A stretch of 64,000 bases of DNA from Gaiellales bacterium (GTDB lineage Bacteria; Actinomycetota; Thermoleophilia; Gaiellales; JAICJC01), in NCBI GenBank assembly GCA_035695105.1, contig DASSEV010000016.1:24345-88344 (forward strand), in the 5' to 3' direction. This document shows positions 40,066 through 51,439 of this stretch, piece by piece. How positions within the stretch are numbered: position 1 is the first letter of the stretch; the number at the start of each line of letters is the position of its first letter. A model generated the notes under the pieces. That model was not told where the DNA came from, searched no databases, and saw only the letters and a list, made by a program, of their open reading frames with translations. The position numbers were made by a program, and so were the translations under genes.

Positions 40066-41187
40066 TCAGACGCCCGATCGGGCGAGATCGATCAGGGCTC
40101 GCGTCACGGCCGTCATGCCCTTGAGGTCGGCGACGGTGATGTGCTCCTGGGAGGTGTGGATCTCGGCCATCCCATTGCAGAGGTTCAGGCACGGCTTGCC
40201 GGCCGCGTTGAACACGTTCGCGTCCGCACCTCCGCCCGATTCGATGAACGAGGGCGTGTATCCGCAGCGCTCGAGCGCGGCCACCGCCATCGCGACGGGC
40301 GGCTCGTCGCCGCCGAAGCGGTAGGTCTCGTACTCGCTGGTCACGGCCGCCTCCAGCTCACACCCGGTCTCGTCAGCGGCGGCGGCCGACGCGTCGAGCA
40401 TCGCCTGCACCGTCCCGCTCAGCCGCTCAGCGCTGCGGCTGCGGGCCTCTGCGCGCACCACGCAGAGCGGCGGCACGATGTTCCCGGCCACGCCGCCCTC
40501 GATCAGGCCGACGTTCGCCGTCGTACGCTCGTCCAGCCGCCCCAGCGGCATGGCGGCGATCGCACGCGACGCCGCCAGGATCGCGCTGCGGCCGTGCTCG
40601 GGGGCGATGCCCGAGTGGGCCGGCCAGCCGCGGAACGTGAGCGTCAGCGTCCGCTGCGAGGGCGCGGCGAGCACGATGTTGCCGATCGGCGCGGCGTGGT
40701 CGTAGCAGTACCCGAACGGCGCGTCGAGGCGGCCGACGTCGAACTGCTTGGCGCCGCGCAGCCCCACCTCCTCCATCGGCGTGAACACCAGCTCGACGCC
40801 GGCGTGCGGGTCGCCCGACCGCACGCGGTCGCGCACCGCCGCGAGCATGGCGACCACGGCCGCCTTGTTGTCGGCGCCGAGGATGGTGTCGTTGCCGTTC
40901 CTGACGACACCATCCTCCACGACCGGCTCGATGCTGTCGGTCGGCGGCACGGTGTCGAGGTGCGCGTTCAGGAAGATCGGCGTTCCCTCACCCGTCGCCG
41001 GCACGCGGCAGTAGATGTTGCCGATCTCCGAGCCGATCGCTCGCCCTGCGTCGTCCTCGTCGGTCTCCAGGCCAAGCTCGCGCAGGAACCCGTGCACCCG
41101 GTCGGCGACCACCCGCTCGCTGCCCGACGGGCTTCCGATCGCCGCCAGCTCGACGAACATGTCGAGCACCGAGTCGTCCGGCCTCAT
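40066..41187 (-). CDS. M20-family metallopeptidase (tripeptidase/PepT-like)
   Basis: 373 aa: LNAHLDTVP, LGADNKAAVVAML, FTPMEEVGLRGA, GGADANVF, MAEIHTSQEH. The ATG overlaps the upstream TGA (ATGA). Confidence 0.8.
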   Translation of the reverse strand: MRPDDSVLDMFVELAAIGSPSGSERVVADRVHGFLRELGLETDEDDAGRAIGSEIGNIYCRVPATGEGTPIFLNAHLDTVPPTDSIEPVVEDGVVRNGNDTILGADNKAAVVAMLAAVRDRVRSGDPHAGVELVFTPMEEVGLRGAKQFDVGRLDAPFGYCYDHAAPIGNIVLAAPSQRTLTLTFRGWPAHSGIAPEHGRSAILAASRAIAAMPLGRLDERTTANVGLIEGGVAGNIVPPLCVVRAEARSRSAERLSGTVQAMLDASAAAADETGCELEAAVTSEYETYRFGGDEPPVAMAVAALERCGYTPSFIESGGGADANVFNAAGKPCLNLCNGMAEIHTSQEHITVADLKGMTAVTRALIDLARSGV

Positions 41188-42724
41188 GCCGGACCCCGCA
41201 GATCGTAGAGCGGCGCGTACTTTCCCCACAGGTAGCGCATGAACGGACGGTGATCGAGCCCGGACCCGGTCACGCGGCGGATCAGATCCTCGCCGAGGTC
41301 GATGGCGCCGTGCCGGTGGACGTTCTCCCGCAGCCAGCCCAGCAGGTGGTGAAACTCGCCGCGGGCGATGTGCTCCTCGGCGCCGGCGTCCTGCGCCCGG
41401 TACGCGTCCCACAGGAGCGCCGAGTAGAGGTTCCCCAGCGTGTAGGTCGGGAAGTAGCCGAAGGAGCCGATCGACCAGTGGATGTCCTGCATCACGCCGA
41501 GCACGTCGTTCGGCGGCCGCACGCCGAGCGTCCGCTCGTAGGCGTCATCCCAGGCGGCGGGGAGCTCCGCGACCTCGAGGTCCTCCCGCATCAGGGCCAG
41601 CTCGAGCTCGAACCGGATCAGGATGTGCAGGTTGTAGGTCACCTCGTCCGCCTCGACGCGGATCAGCGAGGGCTGCACGCGGTTGCACGCGCGGTGGAGG
41701 TCGGCCGCCGAGGCGCCTGCCATGGCGTCGCCGAACACCTCGTGCATGACCGGTGCGTAGTGCTCCCAGAACGGGAGGCTGCGCCCGACGATGTTCTCCC
41801 ACAGCCGCGACTGCGACTCGTGCAGCCCGAGCGACGGCGCCTCCGCCAGCGGCGTGTCCTCGAACCGCGGGTCGAACCCCTGCTCGTACATGCCGTGGCC
41901 GGCCTCGTGGATGGTCGAGAAGACGGCGCTCAGCGGATGCCGCTCGTCGATCCGCGTGGTCACGCGCACGTCGCCGAGGGCGATCGTCTGGGTGAACGGG
42001 TGGGCGGAGCGATCCTGGCGGCCGGCCGTCATGTCGTAGCCCAGGTCGCCGAGCAGCCGGATCGTCAGATCCCACTGCAGCTGGTCGGGGAACAGGCGCC
42101 CGTCGAAGGGCGGCGCGGGCGGCTGCGGCGCGGCGATGATGGCGCCGAGCAGCACGCCCAGCTCCTGCCGCAGCTGTCCCAGCATCGGCTCCAGCCGCTC
42201 GACCCGCATGCCCGGCTCGTACTCATCGAGCAGCGCGTCGTAGCGCTCGCCGTGGTAGCCGACGAGGTCGGCCTCCTGCCGCTTGGCCGCGACCAGCTCC
42301 TCGAGCTCCGCGCGGTAGAGGCCGAAGTCCCCCTCCTCGCGCGCCACCCGCCACGCGTTCGTCCCCCTGCCCTCCGCCAGCGCCAGCCGGCGCACGAACT
42401 CCGGCGGCAGCTTGGAGGCGCGGTCGCACTCGCGCTCGAGCCACCGCACCATCGCGGCCCGAGCCGGATCGGTCGCCTCGTCCGCCGCCCGGCGGAGCAG
42501 TTCGCGGAGGTCGGCAGCCACCAGGCGCTCGTGCCGCAGCACCCGCATCGTCGCCATCTGCCGGGCGCGTGCGTCGCCGCCGCGCAGCGGCATCTTGGTC
42601 TCCTGATCCCACGACAGCAGCGAGACGGTATGGCCGAGATCGCTGAACTCGCGCATCCGCGCCAGCAGCTGGTCCCAGGTATCGCTCACCGCGCCGACAG
42701 CCGGATCCGGCGCCGCCCCGCCAC

Positions 42725-42728
<4 letters not shown>
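41184..42728 (-). CDS. M32 carboxypeptidase (Taq-type thermostable carboxypeptidase 1 family)
   Basis: 514 aa with [11 protein letters not shown] (HExxH), [19 protein letters not shown] and [14 protein letters not shown]. Confidence 0.88.
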
Positions 42729-44365
<1,637 letters not shown>

Positions 44366-44538
44366 CTGCGCCCCACCTTTCCGAGAGTGACCGGTCCCGG
44401 GGAGACATCATACGCGAGCGCCGCGACGTCGCCGGGCGGCCCGGGGAAGATCAGGGCCCGGTGTGCCGTCTTGTGGTCATTCACACAATCTCTCGCGACG
44501 GAGCAGTCGGCCGCCGCGTCATCTGAAAGGCAGTACCG

Positions 44539-45009
44539 ATGTCTACGAGCACCACACTCAGGCTGGCAGGCCTCGTCGCCGCCATCGCCGTTTCGCTCTC
44601 GATCACCTCGTCCGCACTGGCCAAGCCGATGGGCATGTCGACCGTGAGCGGCTCGACCACCGGCGCCGTCACCATCGCCCTCCACAGGTCCGGCCAGCTG
44701 GTCGGCCCCGCCGACTCGCCCGCCGACGTCGGCACCCCGGTCATCCCGCTGCAGGCCGTGCGCGCGGACAACCCGGCCGACGTCGGAACCCCCGCATCGG
44801 CCTCGCCGATGGTTCGCGTCGACAACCCGGCCGAGGTCGGCACGCCCGTCGCCGTCCTCCTCCCCGCCCCCGCGGCTCCGGCCCCGGCGAACGGGTTCAG
44901 CTGGCAGGACGCCACGCTCGGAGCCCTCATCGGCATCGCCCTCGCGGGCATCGCAGCCTACGGCGTCGGCAGCATCCGCGGACGCCGGGGGCTCGCCCTC
45001 CGCGCATAG
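44539..45009 (+). CDS. Secreted, membrane-anchored repeat protein, hypothetical (156 aa)
   Basis: The signal peptide is MSTSTTLRLAGLVAAIAVSLSITSSALA. Three ~18-aa repeats centre on [DS/DN]PA[D/E]VGTP. A C-terminal TM helix with a basic tail follows (LGALIGIALAGIAAYGVGSIRGRRG). Confidence 0.55.
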   Translation: MSTSTTLRLAGLVAAIAVSLSITSSALAKPMGMSTVSGSTTGAVTIALHRSGQLVGPADSPADVGTPVIPLQAVRADNPADVGTPASASPMVRVDNPAEVGTPVAVLLPAPAAPAPANGFSWQDATLGALIGIALAGIAAYGVGSIRGRRGLALRA

Positions 45010-45023
45010 ATCCGGGCAGCACT

Positions 45024-45050
45024 CCGGGGCCGCGCCTGGCGCGGCCCCGG
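45024..45050 (+). terminator. Hairpin after the repeat-protein gene
   Basis: CCGGGGCCGCGCC-T-GGCGCGGCCCCGG is a 27-nt palindrome, effectively an 11-bp stem with a 5-nt loop. Confidence 0.6.
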
Positions 45051-45089
45051 ACGTGAGCCCAGCGGCTCGCCGTGCATCCCGCGGCGATC

Positions 45090-45125
45090 GGACCCGGGTG
45101 TGCTCTCCCGTTCACACCCGGGTCC
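45090..45125 (-). terminator. Hairpin after recN
   Basis: GGACCCGGGTGTG-ctctcccgtt-CACACCCGGGTCC, a 13-bp perfect stem 17 nt beyond the recN stop. Confidence 0.65.
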
Positions 45126-45141
45126 GCGCGTGGACCGGGCG

Positions 45142-46800
45142 TCAGCTGAGCAGCGTCGCCGCGTGGCGTCGGGCCGTCTCGTCGTTCTCCTCGGCCCCCA
45201 GCATGCGCGCCACCTCGTCCACGACCTCCTCGCCCTCGAGCCTGGTCACGGCGGTGCTGGCCGGATCACCGCCCGTCTTCTCCACGCGGAAATGGGCGTC
45301 GGCGGCACCGGCGATCTGCGGCAGGTGCGTGATGCAGAGCAGCTGCGCGTCGGCGGCCAGCCGGCGCAGCGTGTCGGCGACGGCGTTCGCGGTGCGGCCG
45401 CCGACCCCCGCGTCCACCTCGTCGAGCAGCAGCGTGCCCGGGCCGCCGCCGCTGCGGGCGACCACCCGCACGGCGAGCGCGATGCGCGACAGCTCGCCGC
45501 CCGAGGCGACGGTGGCGATCGGCCCGGCCGCAAGGCCGGCGTTGGCGGCGAGCAGCAGCGTCACCCGGTCGGCGCCGCGAGCGCCCAGCTCTGCGTCCTC
45601 CAGCTGCACCTCGAGCCGAGCGCCGTCCATGCCGAGGGCGGCGAGCTCGGCCTCGACGGCCGAGGCAAACGCACCGGCCGCGCCCTCGCGGGCCGCGTGC
45701 AGCGCAGCGGCCTGTGCGGTTGCCTCGGCCAGCGCGGACTCCACCTCACGCTCGAGCTCCGCCAGGCGCTCGCCGCCACCGTCGAGCAGGTCGAGCGCCG
45801 CGCGCGCCTCCGCGGCGCGCGCGACCAGGCCCTCGGCGGGCTCCCCGAACCGCCGCTCGAGCTCCGTGAACAGCTGCAGCCGCGCCTCCACCTGCTCCAG
45901 CCGGCCGGGATCCGCGTCGAAGCCGTCGAGCTGGGCGCGAAGCTCGACCGACGCCTCCTGCAGCCGCAGGGCGGCGTCGCGCAGCTCCTCGGCGACCGGC
46001 GCCAGCGCCGGCTCGAACCGCTCGACGCCGCCGACCAGCTCCGCCGCGCGGGATGTCATCCCGAGCGCACCGTCGCCCTCGTCGGGGTTGAGGACGGCAG
46101 CCGCGCCCGCGACGGCGCTCACCAGCTCGTCGACGTGGCGCAGGCGCTCGCGCTCGGCCTCGAGCGCGGGGCGCTCGCCCGGCTCGATCTCCGCCTCGCC
46201 CACGCGCGCCACGAGCTCCTCGAGCTCCCCGCGCTGCCGCTCGGCTGCGGCCGCCTCGGCCTCGGCCGCCTCGAGACGGGCGCGGGCACCGCGCAGCGCC
46301 GCCCATGCGGCCGCCATGCCGCGGCGAAGGTCGCCGCCCCCGGCCGCCGCGTCGAGCAGGTCGAGCTGCGTCGCCGGCCGCGCCAGCCTCCGCGCCTCGT
46401 GCTGGGAGGAGATCTCGATCAGCATCTCGCCCAGCTGCTCGAGGTCGTCCCGCGCACAGCTCCGTCCCCAGAGCAGGGCCCGGCTGCGCCCGGAGGCGCC
46501 GATGCGGCGCGCCACCACGAGCGTCGTCTCGCCGTCGGGCCGCAGCTCCCTCACCGCCTCCGGGGCCTCGTCGAAGAACCCATCCGGCACGTCGAACTCC
46601 GCCTCCACATACGCCTCGGAGCCGTGCGGGCCGACCATGCCCGGTGCCGGCGCGGCCCCCGCCAGCAGCCCGATCGCCTGCGCCAGCATCGTCTTGCCGG
46701 CCCCGGTCTCGCCGGTGAACACGTTCAGGCCGCCGTCGAACTCGATGCCGGCGTGCTCGATCAGCGCCAGGTTCTCGATCTGCAGGCGCATCAGGCTCAT
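45142..46800 (-). CDS. recN: DNA repair protein RecN
   Basis: 552 aa from MSLMRLQIENLALIEHAGIEFDGGLNVFTGETGAGKTML (Walker A). A long coiled coil follows, then the signature ASGGELSRIALA and Walker B LLLDEVDAG. The ATG overlaps the nadK stop (ATGA). Confidence 0.92.
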   Translation of the reverse strand: MSLMRLQIENLALIEHAGIEFDGGLNVFTGETGAGKTMLAQAIGLLAGAAPAPGMVGPHGSEAYVEAEFDVPDGFFDEAPEAVRELRPDGETTLVVARRIGASGRSRALLWGRSCARDDLEQLGEMLIEISSQHEARRLARPATQLDLLDAAAGGGDLRRGMAAAWAALRGARARLEAAEAEAAAAERQRGELEELVARVGEAEIEPGERPALEAERERLRHVDELVSAVAGAAAVLNPDEGDGALGMTSRAAELVGGVERFEPALAPVAEELRDAALRLQEASVELRAQLDGFDADPGRLEQVEARLQLFTELERRFGEPAEGLVARAAEARAALDLLDGGGERLAELEREVESALAEATAQAAALHAAREGAAGAFASAVEAELAALGMDGARLEVQLEDAELGARGADRVTLLLAANAGLAAGPIATVASGGELSRIALAVRVVARSGGGPGTLLLDEVDAGVGGRTANAVADTLRRLAADAQLLCITHLPQIAGAADAHFRVEKTGGDPASTAVTRLEGEEVVDEVARMLGAEENDETARRHAATLLS

Positions 46801-47621
46801 GCGCTGAACGTCTCCCTGTAGCGGCTGAAGAACGAGGTGCCGGACAGCCGCGCGAGCTGCGCGTGCTGCTCGCCCATGACCACCGTGATCGCGCCGCCGG
46901 GGGCGATCTCGCCCATCGAATGGCCGTCCTCGATCACCTGCAGCGGCACGTCGTCTGTGCGGTTGCGCACCTCGATGCTGTGGCCGCGCCCGAGCACCAT
47001 CGACCGGGCGTGCAGGGAGTGCGGCGAGGCGAACGACAGCACGAAGGCGTCGGTGCCCCAGGCCAGCACCGGGCCGCCCGCCGACAGGTTGTACGCGGTC
47101 GAGCCGGTCGGCGTCGCCAGGATCACGCCGTCGCAGCCGATCTCGCCCATCGAGATGCCGTCCACGGCCCACTCCAGGATCACCATGCGACCGAGGATGC
47201 CGCTGGTGAGGACGATGTCGTTCACGGCGACGAGCGCGCGCAGGCCGTCGTCGCCGACCAGCGTGGGCAGCGCGGTGACGTCGTACTCACCCGCGAACAC
47301 CCGGCCGAGCCCCGCCTCGAGGCTGGACGCATCGACGCTGGTGAGGAAGCCGACGCGGCCGAAGTTGACCCCGAGCGACGGCACGCCGGTGCCGAGGTAG
47401 CGGTGCAGCGCGCGCAGCGTGGTGCCGTCGCCGCCGAGCACGATCGCGATGTCGGGGGCCCCCTCCTCCACCACCTCGATCCCCTGCTGCTCGGCCAGGG
47501 CGCGCACGCGGGCCGGGGCGTCTGCCAGCCGCTCCGGGCGTCCGTGCAGGACGACCGACGCCCGGGAGACGGGCTTACCCGCCGCCCTCGCGAACGGCGT
47601 CTCTGATCTCGGCGTTGACAT
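46797..47621 (-). CDS. nadK: NAD kinase
   Basis: IAIVLGGDGTTLRA, NFGRVGFLT, NDIVL and ATPTGSTAYNLSAGGP are seen. The only canonical start is ATG 47621, which overlaps tlyA by 47 nt. Confidence 0.87.
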   Translation of the reverse strand: MSTPRSETPFARAAGKPVSRASVVLHGRPERLADAPARVRALAEQQGIEVVEEGAPDIAIVLGGDGTTLRALHRYLGTGVPSLGVNFGRVGFLTSVDASSLEAGLGRVFAGEYDVTALPTLVGDDGLRALVAVNDIVLTSGILGRMVILEWAVDGISMGEIGCDGVILATPTGSTAYNLSAGGPVLAWGTDAFVLSFASPHSLHARSMVLGRGHSIEVRNRTDDVPLQVIEDGHSMGEIAPGGAITVVMGEQHAQLARLSGTSFFSRYRETFSA

Positions 47622-48387
47622 CGACCTGGCGCTCCTGAAGCAGCGGGTGGCCGGGGGAGGCGAGGTACAGGAGGTACTCGCGGTTCCCCGCCGGCCCCGG
47701 ATGCGAAGAATCGCACACGCCCAGGATGGCGGAGCCGTGGGAGGTCACGAACGCGCAAAGATCCTGCAACACCTGCTCGCGAACCGCCGGATCGCGCACC
47801 ACTCCGCGGCGCACGCGGTCACGACCGGCCTCGAACTGCGGCTTGACGAGGACGATCGCACGCCATTCGGGCTCGGCGCAGGCGATCGCAGCGGGGAGCA
47901 CCAGCCGCAGCGAGATGAACGACAGATCGGCCGTGATGAACCTTGGGCGCCACGGCAGCATGCCCGGCTCCAGCTCGCGGGCATTGACGCGCTCCAGCAC
48001 GACCACCGACGGGTCGGCGCGGAGCCGCTCGTGCAGCTGCGCGCGGCCGACGTCGAGCGCGATCACCCCGGCCGCGCCGTGTTGCAGCAGGCAGTCGGTG
48101 AACCCCCCGGTCGAGGCGCCCAGGTCGAGGCAGCGCTCGCCGCGAACGTCCACCTGCCACCGCACGAACCCGGTCTCCAGCTTGTCGCCGCCGCGCGAGA
48201 CGAACCGCGGAGGCTGCTGCACCTCGATCACGGCGCCCGCGGTCACCTGCGCGCCCGCCTTGTCGACGACTGCGCCGTCCACGCGCACCCGGCCAGACAT
48301 CACCAGCGCCTGCGCTCGGCTGCGCGTCTCGGCCAGCCCGCGCTCGACAAGCGCCGCGTCGAGGCGGGTCTTCCCGTGAGGGGTCAT
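47575..48387 (-). CDS. tlyA: TlyA-family rRNA 2'-O-methyltransferase (hemolysin A-like)
   Basis: An S4 domain (RLDAALVERGLAETRSRAQALVMSGRVRVDG), then the FtsJ-like CLDLGASTGGFTDCLL and ITADLSFISL. Confidence 0.87.
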   Translation of the reverse strand: MTPHGKTRLDAALVERGLAETRSRAQALVMSGRVRVDGAVVDKAGAQVTAGAVIEVQQPPRFVSRGGDKLETGFVRWQVDVRGERCLDLGASTGGFTDCLLQHGAAGVIALDVGRAQLHERLRADPSVVVLERVNARELEPGMLPWRPRFITADLSFISLRLVLPAAIACAEPEWRAIVLVKPQFEAGRDRVRRGVVRDPAVREQVLQDLCAFVTSHGSAILGVCDSSHPGPAGNREYLLYLASPGHPLLQERQVDVNAEIRDAVREGGG

Positions 48388-49163
48388 GCGCTGCGGCGCG
48401 CGATCAGCTCTGCGAGATCGGCCAGCTCGGAGGTGTCGCCGTCGATGCCGGCGAGCAGCTCACGGCAGCGCGCATAGCTGTCCTCCGCCAGCTCGCGTGC
48501 GCGGTCGATGCCGTGCAGCGCGACGTAGCTGGGCTCATCGCTGCCGTCGTCGAGCACATCGTCGACGATCTGGAACAGCAGGCCCAGCTCGCGCGCGAAC
48601 GCGCGGTAGGGCGCCTGCTCGGCGTCGTCCAGCCGCGCGACGTGCAGCCCGCAGCCGACAGCGGCCTCGATCAGGGCGCCGGTCTTCAGCCGGTGCAGCG
48701 AGGCCAGCGCGTCGTGGTCCGGGGCCTCGGCGGTCACGTCCAGGTACTGGCCGTCGATCATCGCGGTCACCCCGCGGGCCAGCTCCCCGAGCACGGCCAG
48801 CCGCACGTCGTCGGGCCACGCCTCGTGCTCGAGCACGTGGCGGTAGGCCGCATTCAGCAGCGCGTCGCCGGCCAGCACCGCCACCGCCTCGCCGTGGCGC
48901 ACGTGGCTGGTCGGCCTGCCCCTGCGCTCCGCGTCGTCGTCCAGCGCCGGCAGGTCGTCGTGCACGAGCGAGAAGGCATGGATCATCTCCACCGCGGCCG
49001 CCGCGGGCAGGGCCTCCACGGGGTCGGCCCCGGCCGAACGTGCCGCCGCCAGGCAGAGGCGCGGCCGGATCCGCTTGCCCGGTGAGAGCAGGGAGTACCG
49101 GATCGCGTCGTCGAGCCCGTCCAGGTCGGACAGCCGCAGCCCGGCCAGGTACGCCTCGATCAG
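48384..49163 (-). CDS. ispA: Polyprenyl (farnesyl/geranylgeranyl) diphosphate synthase; the start codon is non-canonical or unresolved
   Basis: FARM (HDDLPALDDDAERRGRPT) and SARM (IVDDVLD) motifs are present. The conserved region I, YSLLSPGKRIRPRL, is encoded in frame upstream of the first canonical start (GTG 49019). The 5' end is set at CTG 49163, which overlaps the xseB TGA. Confidence 0.8.
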   Translation of the reverse strand: MIEAYLAGLRLSDLDGLDDAIRYSLLSPGKRIRPRLCLAAARSAGADPVEALPAAAAVEMIHAFSLVHDDLPALDDDAERRGRPTSHVRHGEAVAVLAGDALLNAAYRHVLEHEAWPDDVRLAVLGELARGVTAMIDGQYLDVTAEAPDHDALASLHRLKTGALIEAAVGCGLHVARLDDAEQAPYRAFARELGLLFQIVDDVLDDGSDEPSYVALHGIDRARELAEDSYARCRELLAGIDGDTSELADLAELIARRSA

Positions 49164-49348
49164 GGCCCGGGCTCCGGTGTCTCGAGCGCCTCCGCCCGCC
49201 GTTCGATCTCGTCCAGCGCCTCCTGGGCGAGGCGGGTGATCTGCTCCAGCACGTCCGCCGTCTCCGACGCATCAAGGTCTCCAGCCTCCAGCCGCTGCCG
49301 GAGCTCCTCGATCCGGGCCGCCAGCCCGGCAAGTGCGTCCTCACTCAC
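49160..49348 (-). CDS. xseB: Exodeoxyribonuclease VII small subunit
   Basis: 62 aa, a helical hairpin: LAARIEELRQRLEAGDLDASETADVLEQITRLAQEALDEIERRAEAL. Its position upstream of ispA matches the Firmicutes arrangement. The GTG start overlaps the nusB stop. Confidence 0.75.
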   Translation of the reverse strand: MSEDALAGLAARIEELRQRLEAGDLDASETADVLEQITRLAQEALDEIERRAEALETPEPGP

Positions 49349-49746
49349 CGTCCAACCCCTTCCGTCCGTGCGATCCGGCCCAGGATACCGTTCACGAGCG
49401 ATGCGGCCTCGGGCGACGCGTACCGCTTGGCGAGGGCCACCGCCTCATCGATCGCGACCGGCGCCGGCACGTCGCGCTCGCCGATCTCCCAAACCGCCAG
49501 GCGCAGGATGTTGCGCTCGAGCACAGCCATTCGTTCGCTCGTCCAACCCTCCGCCGCGTCGTCGATGGCCCGGTCGAGCCGTTCGCGAGCCGCCCACACG
49601 CCCTCGGCCCGGGTGCGTGTGAAGTCGTTCACGGGCTCGCCGTTGTCGCGCTCGTAGGCCTCGTACAGGGCCGGGAACTCGTCGTCCATGAGGTCGCGCT
49701 GGTAGAGCAGGAAGGCGGCCGCGCGCCGATCCGAGCGCCGGCTCAC
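49345..49746 (-). CDS. nusB: Transcription antitermination factor NusB
   Basis: 133 aa: RRAAAFLLYQRD...ERNILRLAVWEI...PAPVAIDEAVALAKRYASPEAASLVNGILGRI. The GTG at 49746 overlaps the asp23 TGA. Confidence 0.87.
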   Translation of the reverse strand: MSRRSDRRAAAFLLYQRDLMDDEFPALYEAYERDNGEPVNDFTRTRAEGVWAARERLDRAIDDAAEGWTSERMAVLERNILRLAVWEIGERDVPAPVAIDEAVALAKRYASPEAASLVNGILGRIARTEGVGR

Positions 49747-50059
49747 CGCTCGACCCCGGTGACCGTCACGTCGACCGAGCTGACGGGCAGGCCGGTCATC
49801 GTGACCACGGCGGTCGCCACCTCGCGGCGCACGTCGGCCGCCGCGCGTGGCAGCGGCACGCCGTACGACGCGGCGACATCGACGTCGAACGCCGCGCCGC
49901 CGTCGGCCAGCTCCCAGCTGACCGCGTCGCGCCGGCCCGGCAGCACGCGCGAGACGCGCCCCGGGCGGTCGAGGCGGACGCCGTCGACCTGCGACACCGC
50001 GCCGCGCACGATCGCCACCAGCGCCTCGTCCGAGATCACCGCACCGTCCAGCCGGATGC

Positions 50060-50063
<4 letters not shown>
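49743..50063 (-). CDS. Asp23/Gls24-family envelope stress protein
   Basis: 106 aa: ISDEALVAIVRGAVSQVDGV...VDVAASYGVPLPRAAADVRREVATAVVTMTGLPVSSVDVTV. It is in the same position as B. subtilis yqhY, between accC and nusB. Confidence 0.8.
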
Positions 50064-51433
<1,370 letters not shown>

Positions 51434-51439
51434 CGTCTG

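Noticed and set aside
44366-44538. The 173-bp pyrG upstream region as a pyrimidine-responsive attenuator
   Set aside because: I found only weak 5-bp GC hairpins (CCGGG/CCCGG). I could not identify a convincing terminator/antiterminator pair or a reiterative-transcription start motif. It is left uncalled.
47575-47621. An alternative, non-overlapping start for nadK, to avoid the 47-nt overlap with tlyA
   Set aside because: I checked the frame codon by codon between 47621 and the conserved VVLHG strand. No ATG, GTG or TTG is present, so ATG 47621 was kept.
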